Assembly (NCBI RefSeq): GCF_009914755.1
Contig: NC_060930.1
DNA: 64,000 bases
DNA from: the human T2T-CHM13v2.0 reference genome, Homo sapiens
Reading direction: 5' to 3' (one strand)
Shown here: piece by piece, positions 59,490-64,000 of the stretch
How positions within the stretch are numbered: the stretch's first letter is position 1
Layout: every line of letters starts with the position of its first letter
Made by a program: the position numbers and the translations under genes
Notes under the pieces: model-generated
The model's database searches: none
What the model saw: the letters and a program-made list of their open reading frames with translations, nothing else
What the model was told of the DNA's origin: nothing

Positions 59490-59605
59490 CCAGTTAGAAT
59501 TTAAGTGCCAGCAGGGCAGATATTTTTTATCTGTTTTGTTTACTGCTGAAACCCAAGCACCTCCAAGAGCTGCTGGCACTGGAGAGTTCTTGGCGGAATG
59601 AATAA
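59490..59605 (+). mobile_element. L2 3'-end fragment
   Basis: tagaatttaagtgccagcagggcaga...tctgttttgtttactgctg...ctggcac...gaatgaata. Confidence 0.6.
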
Positions 59606-61404
59606 TTCATGTATCAGGGCCCAGATCAAATACAGCAGCTCAGGTAGAGTCCTCCCACTCCATTCAGTCATGTCAGCGCACCTGGCACCTTGCCTTAGGG
59701 GAAGTAGCTCCTACGTGGATTTAATTCCCTTCTCCTCCTCTTCCTTCTGCACTCCAGCAGGAACAGAGCAATGCACCATTTAAATGAAGGTGGTTCATGC
59801 CATCCACACACTTGCACAATAAGGACAACTGGGTGGCAAAGAGCTCGAGGGTTGAATCAAGAGGTCACAGACCAGCAGGAGCCAGAAACTAAGACGGGCT
59901 TGATGTTGTGGTGCCTGGGTGTTGTGTATCTGCCCTGGGTGATTTTTGCTTTTTGTTTATTTATAAGCTGGTAGCAGACAGGTGACGACTTCTGTATTCA
60001 CCTGCCCGGGTAGTCTGGAAGCAGCCTCTTCGTCACACCTTTCACCCAGGCAGTGAGCCCACTCTTGGTCCACTCTGATCTCCATGGGGCCCTTGCTCAG
60101 TCATTGCGTCTGGTCCTGTGCTCTGTGGAGATGGACTTGGTCCTCCACATAGCCCCGGATGACAGCCTGCCTGCTGTTTGGAGCTGGCTGTGATCTCATC
60201 TTTGAATCACATCTCAGCGTTGCCTCTTTCCCTTGTAGACCTCTTTATTCTCTGCATTGCCACAAAATGACGTGCATGTGAGTATTACGAGGTTACTTTG
60301 TGAAAAGGGTGTTGAAATAACAGGTATTGCTGATGTCCAGTACATAAGTGTGTCAGTGTACGCAGAGTTATCACACGTGGCAGCAGCGACTTGATGGAGA
60401 GAGCGAATTGGGATTTAACTCAGGAGCCTCTTCAGTGTCACAACGACTCGGCAGCAATGGCCCTGCCTGGTCTAACTTACAGGACACACAACTCGTCAAT
60501 CCTCATGTGTCCAGAAGGTGCTAGAATGACAGCTGCTGGTGCTGCCGTGATGCCACCCACCTGGAGACGTGGTTCCCTGGCGTGAGGGGACGTTTTATGT
60601 GACATTTGTATAATAAAACAGCAAATGGCTCTTGACTGTTCGGATTGGGAGTTTAATGCTTCTTTCTCCCTAGAAAAAGATAAAAAATTTTATGCCTGGG
60701 GAAGAGGAAGAGGAGGAGGACAAGGATATCACTTCAAATTTTAATGGAGAAGACAAGGAAGACAATTTGAAAAAACCATGTTTTAATATTTACAGAGAAA
60801 AGTGTCTGGAGGGAAATATATTAAAATACATCAAAAGGAGTAAGATGTCCAGGTTTTTTTTGTTTTTGTTTTTTTTTTTTTTTGCTTGTTGATTTTTAAA
60901 AACAAATAGTTATTTGTATAATAAGGATTAACAAAAAAAAAATGAAAACAACCTTGCTGAAAAGTAAATGTTTTAATTCTAGGAAACAAGGTGGTTTCCC
61001 TGTGTTTGATTTCTGGCTGCAAACGGAGCAGAGCTTTAGGACCAGGAGCCAGCAGCCTGGCTCTTCATACCTGCTGCGGCCAGGAGAGGTGCAGCCTCTC
61101 ACTGTCAGTCATCTGGTCTCTAGCAGCTTCTTGAGTAACTCGCCCCAAAGCACCTGTGTCAGTTTCTCCTCGGGGAGCGCTCCTGCAGTAAAATTTGGCC
61201 CCAGGTGTGTTGTATTTTGTTGCTTTAAAAGGCTCCCATTGCCCTTCTCTGAACGTCAGCTTTGTCTTTGGACCACACCCGCCTGAAATCCATGTTCCCG
61301 ACACTGGCCTTGGCTGCCATGCCTCACCATGTGAGTTTTCTCTTAAATGGAACAGTTGTGAAGAGATTTTTTTCTTTGTTTTTGGTGTCTTGCTTTTTAA
61401 AGGG

Positions 61405-62210
61405 CAGCTACAGGAACTCTCACTCATTGCTGGTGGGAAGGCAAAATGGCACAGCCACTTTGGAAGACAGTTTGGCAGCATCTCACGAGACTAAACGTAC
61501 TCTGACCACAGGATCCAGTAATCACACTCCTTGGTATTTACCCCAAGGAAATGAACACTTAGATCCAGCAAAACCTTCATGTGGCTGTTTATAGCAGCTT
61601 TATGCATTATTGTCAAACTTGCAAGCAACCCTGATGCCCTTCAGGGGGTGAATGGATAAACCGTGGGACCCCAAAAAAATGGGGTGCTGTGCAGCAGCTG
61701 AAGGGGCGGAGCCACGGAGCACGGGAAGGTGTGGAGGAGCCTTCCAGGCAGGGCCCACTCAGTGAAGGAAGCCGGCCTGAAAATGCTTCCAACAGCATGA
61801 TTCCAAGGACGTGACGTTCTAGAAAAAGCGAAAAGATGGAAATAGGGAAAAGATCAGTGGTTGCCGGGACCTGGGGAGACGAAAGGATGCATAGGTGGAG
61901 GAGAGAGGATTTTTAGGGCAGTGGAACTCTTGTCTATGACATGGTCATTGTAGAGATGTGTCATCGCATGTTTGTTGGAACCCAGGGATGCGCACACGGA
62001 GACTGAGCCCCAGTGTGTACTGAGGACTTCAGTCAGCAACCGCATCCCACTGTCAGCTCACCAGTGAGGACAGCTGTGCTATAGCCACACAGGATGTCAA
62101 GAATAAGGGAAATTGGGGTGTGGAGAGGGGTACATGGGAACGCTGTACTTTCTGCACAATTTTTTCTGTGAACCTAAAACTGCTCAAAAAAATAAAGCCT
62201 ATTAGAAAAA
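61405..62210 (+). mobile_element. L1MC-like 3' fragment
   Basis: ggaactctcactcattgctggtgggaa..aaaatggcacagccactttggaagacagtttggcag... ends aacctaaaactgctcaaaaaaataaagcctatt. Confidence 0.88.
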
Positions 62211-62284
62211 TGGGAGTAGGATGTTGTACTTTTAGCTACCAAGGGTGTTTGTCCCTGTGAGTAAGAGTTAGGGAGGGAGGAATT

Positions 62285-63108
62285 GGCTGGGTGTGGAGGC
62301 TCACGCCTGTAATCTCAGCACTTGGGAGGCGGAGGCAGATGGATTGCTTGAGCCCAGGAGTTTGAGACCAGCCTGGTAAACATGGTGAGACCCCATCTCT
62401 ACAAAAAAAAAAAAATACAAAAATTAGCAGGGCGTGGTGGCTCACACCTGTAGACCCAGCTACTCGGGAGGCTGAGGTGTCTGTCACTGCACTCCAGGTT
62501 GGGCGACAGAGCTGCCAGGAGAGGTGTCAGAGCCCCAGCATCAGAAAAACAGTCAGCTCACGGGTGGTAGGTAGTAAGAAGAATTTATGGACAATGGCAT
62601 AGGTTTGAAAAAGGAGAAAAAGAACGCTGCAGAGGAGTGCAGTGAGTGTCTCAGTGAGGGGACGGAGCGTGTGATGGTCGATTTTTCTTAGGGGCATTTA
62701 TGGACCTTAAAGCAGGAGCTGAGGGCAATTTGGGCCACACTAGCCATGGAGGTCATGATAAACTGAGGGTAATTTGGGCCACACTAGCCACGGAGGTCGT
62801 GATAAATGACTACATCTTTAGAGGTTCTGTTGCCCTGACGTCAGCAAGGGATGCCCAGTGAGTTTCAACATGCATGCGTTCCAGAGATGTATAGAAACCC
62901 TAGTTACTGATGACTTGTTGGAAAGAGGCTTGGAACCAGATGCTGGCTTTAGATAATAGGGAAGCCTAACGGCTTCTGAATTTCTCAGATAAGGAGTGCT
63001 GTCTCTGGATGGCCTGCTTGATGCCCACCAGGCGATCTTTGCTCTCCTCAAGAGCCAGATCTTGTCTCAAAAAAAAAAAAAAAAAAAAAAACAACAACAA
63101 CAAAAAAA
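62285..63108 (+). mobile_element. Alu split by an LTR: body 62285-62512, final bases and poly-A 63051-63108
   Basis: ...gggcgacagagc [LTR] agagccagatcttgtctcaaaaa... Confidence 0.9.
62513..63050 (-). mobile_element. ERV solo LTR (ERV1/MER4-group-like; subfamily uncertain)
   Basis: 538 bp, TG...CA termini, 5-bp TSD AGAGC (62508-62512, 63051-63055), internal ~44-bp duplication at 62718-62806; strand assigned from recalled resemblance only. Confidence 0.8.
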
Positions 63109-63886
63109 GGGTGGGGTGGGGGAGGAGTAGAGACGGGACATTTTGAAGACTTGAAGATGAGTTAATAGACAGTGATGGGGCTGTCTGAGGGTTTTTCCTG
63201 ATGGTTGCTCCCTGGGCCATAGGCAGGTTCCAGCCAGGCAGAGGGAGCCCAGGCAGGCGGCACCCTTGCTCCAGGGGTGGAAGGAGGTGTGAATGGCAGA
63301 GGCTGCATGCTTCAGCTGGGGCTGATCTCTGTGGGAGGGAGGACACGTGAAGGAAGGAGGGGCAGGAATGGAGGACGGAGGAGGGACGAGGGTGGGGCTG
63401 TGCCAGACACTCCATGCGGGTGCTGGGTCAGGTCTGGTGGCTCCTGGGAGAAAATTTCCCCCTTTCATTTTCAAAAGATGACATCAAAACAACTTAAAGT
63501 CTTTCCAAACACAGTTCCCTGCACCCACCACTGAAGGCCATGATATAAGGAAGAACATATGAAGGAAACATGTTCCTCTCACGCATCCCTAACAAGCAGG
63601 CTGTAGGAGCTCGTCTGTTGTGAGATGGAGCAGGTCCTGAAGTCATTCCTGATGGCTGGAATTTTCACAAAAGTTTCTCACAGCATAGCACTAACAATCC
63701 AGTAATTTGAAAAATGATGAGTTATTTCCTCAACAATTTGCAAAGGTCAGAATTATTATTTCTTTGCCATTCTTTTGGTAACAAAAGTTTTCTTACTTGT
63801 CATTTGTGGGATGTTTTTGCTGGGTGACGGGCAAGTAACATGACACCACCCTATGAGCTGTGTTTAAGCAGAATTTAAAAACAAGG

Positions 63887-63999
63887 GGCTGGGCGCAGTG
63901 GCTCACACCTGTAATCCCAGCACCCTGGGAGGCTGAGGCAGGCAGATCACTTGAGGTCAGGAGTTCGAGACCAGCCTGGCCAACATGGTGAAACCCCAT
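63887..63999 (+). mobile_element. Alu (AluS-like) left arm, cut by the window end
   Basis: ggctgggcgcagtggctcacacctgtaatcccagcac...gagttcgagaccagcctggccaacatggtgaaacccc. Confidence 0.95.
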
Positions 64000-64000
64000 C

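Noticed and set aside
60692-60892. Acidic ORF MPGEEEEEEDK...
   Set aside because: Short GAG/GAA low-complexity tract; no homology or exon context I can support

Overview
Human (primate) genomic DNA, GC-rich and rich in minisatellites. I recognise it from the translated exons as the 6q27 KIF25-FRMD1 locus. The window holds the last coding exon and poly(A) signals of KIF25 (+ strand, 1749-2030). It also holds the whole convergent FRMD1 gene (- strand), which I rebuilt by hand as 12 phase-consistent GT-AG coding exons from ATG 36018 to TAG 14020 (572 aa). Further FRMD1 candidates are an alternative short first exon (MDD, ATG 32670), two poly(A) sites (12744, 10030) and far-upstream promoters (a sense THE1 LTR at ~49.9 kb and a CpG island at ~58.4 kb). 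The rest is Alu, MaLR/ERV LTRs, L1, DNA-transposon fossils and at least 15 unrelated tandem repeats. I found no prokaryotic-type system (CRISPR, operon, phage), and nearly all listed ORFs are artefacts. The most interesting observations are these. (1) A 69-nt in-frame FERM-C exon is apparently missing from the reference protein as I recall it. (2) Several minisatellites are built from splice-site or transcription-factor motifs: a decoy 5' splice-site array at FRMD1 exon 1, a branch-point/AG|GT array in KIF25, and a helically phased ETS array at the alternative first exon. (3) A solo LTR is nested inside an Alu. Repeat subfamily names are by eye and need RepeatMasker/Dfam confirmation.
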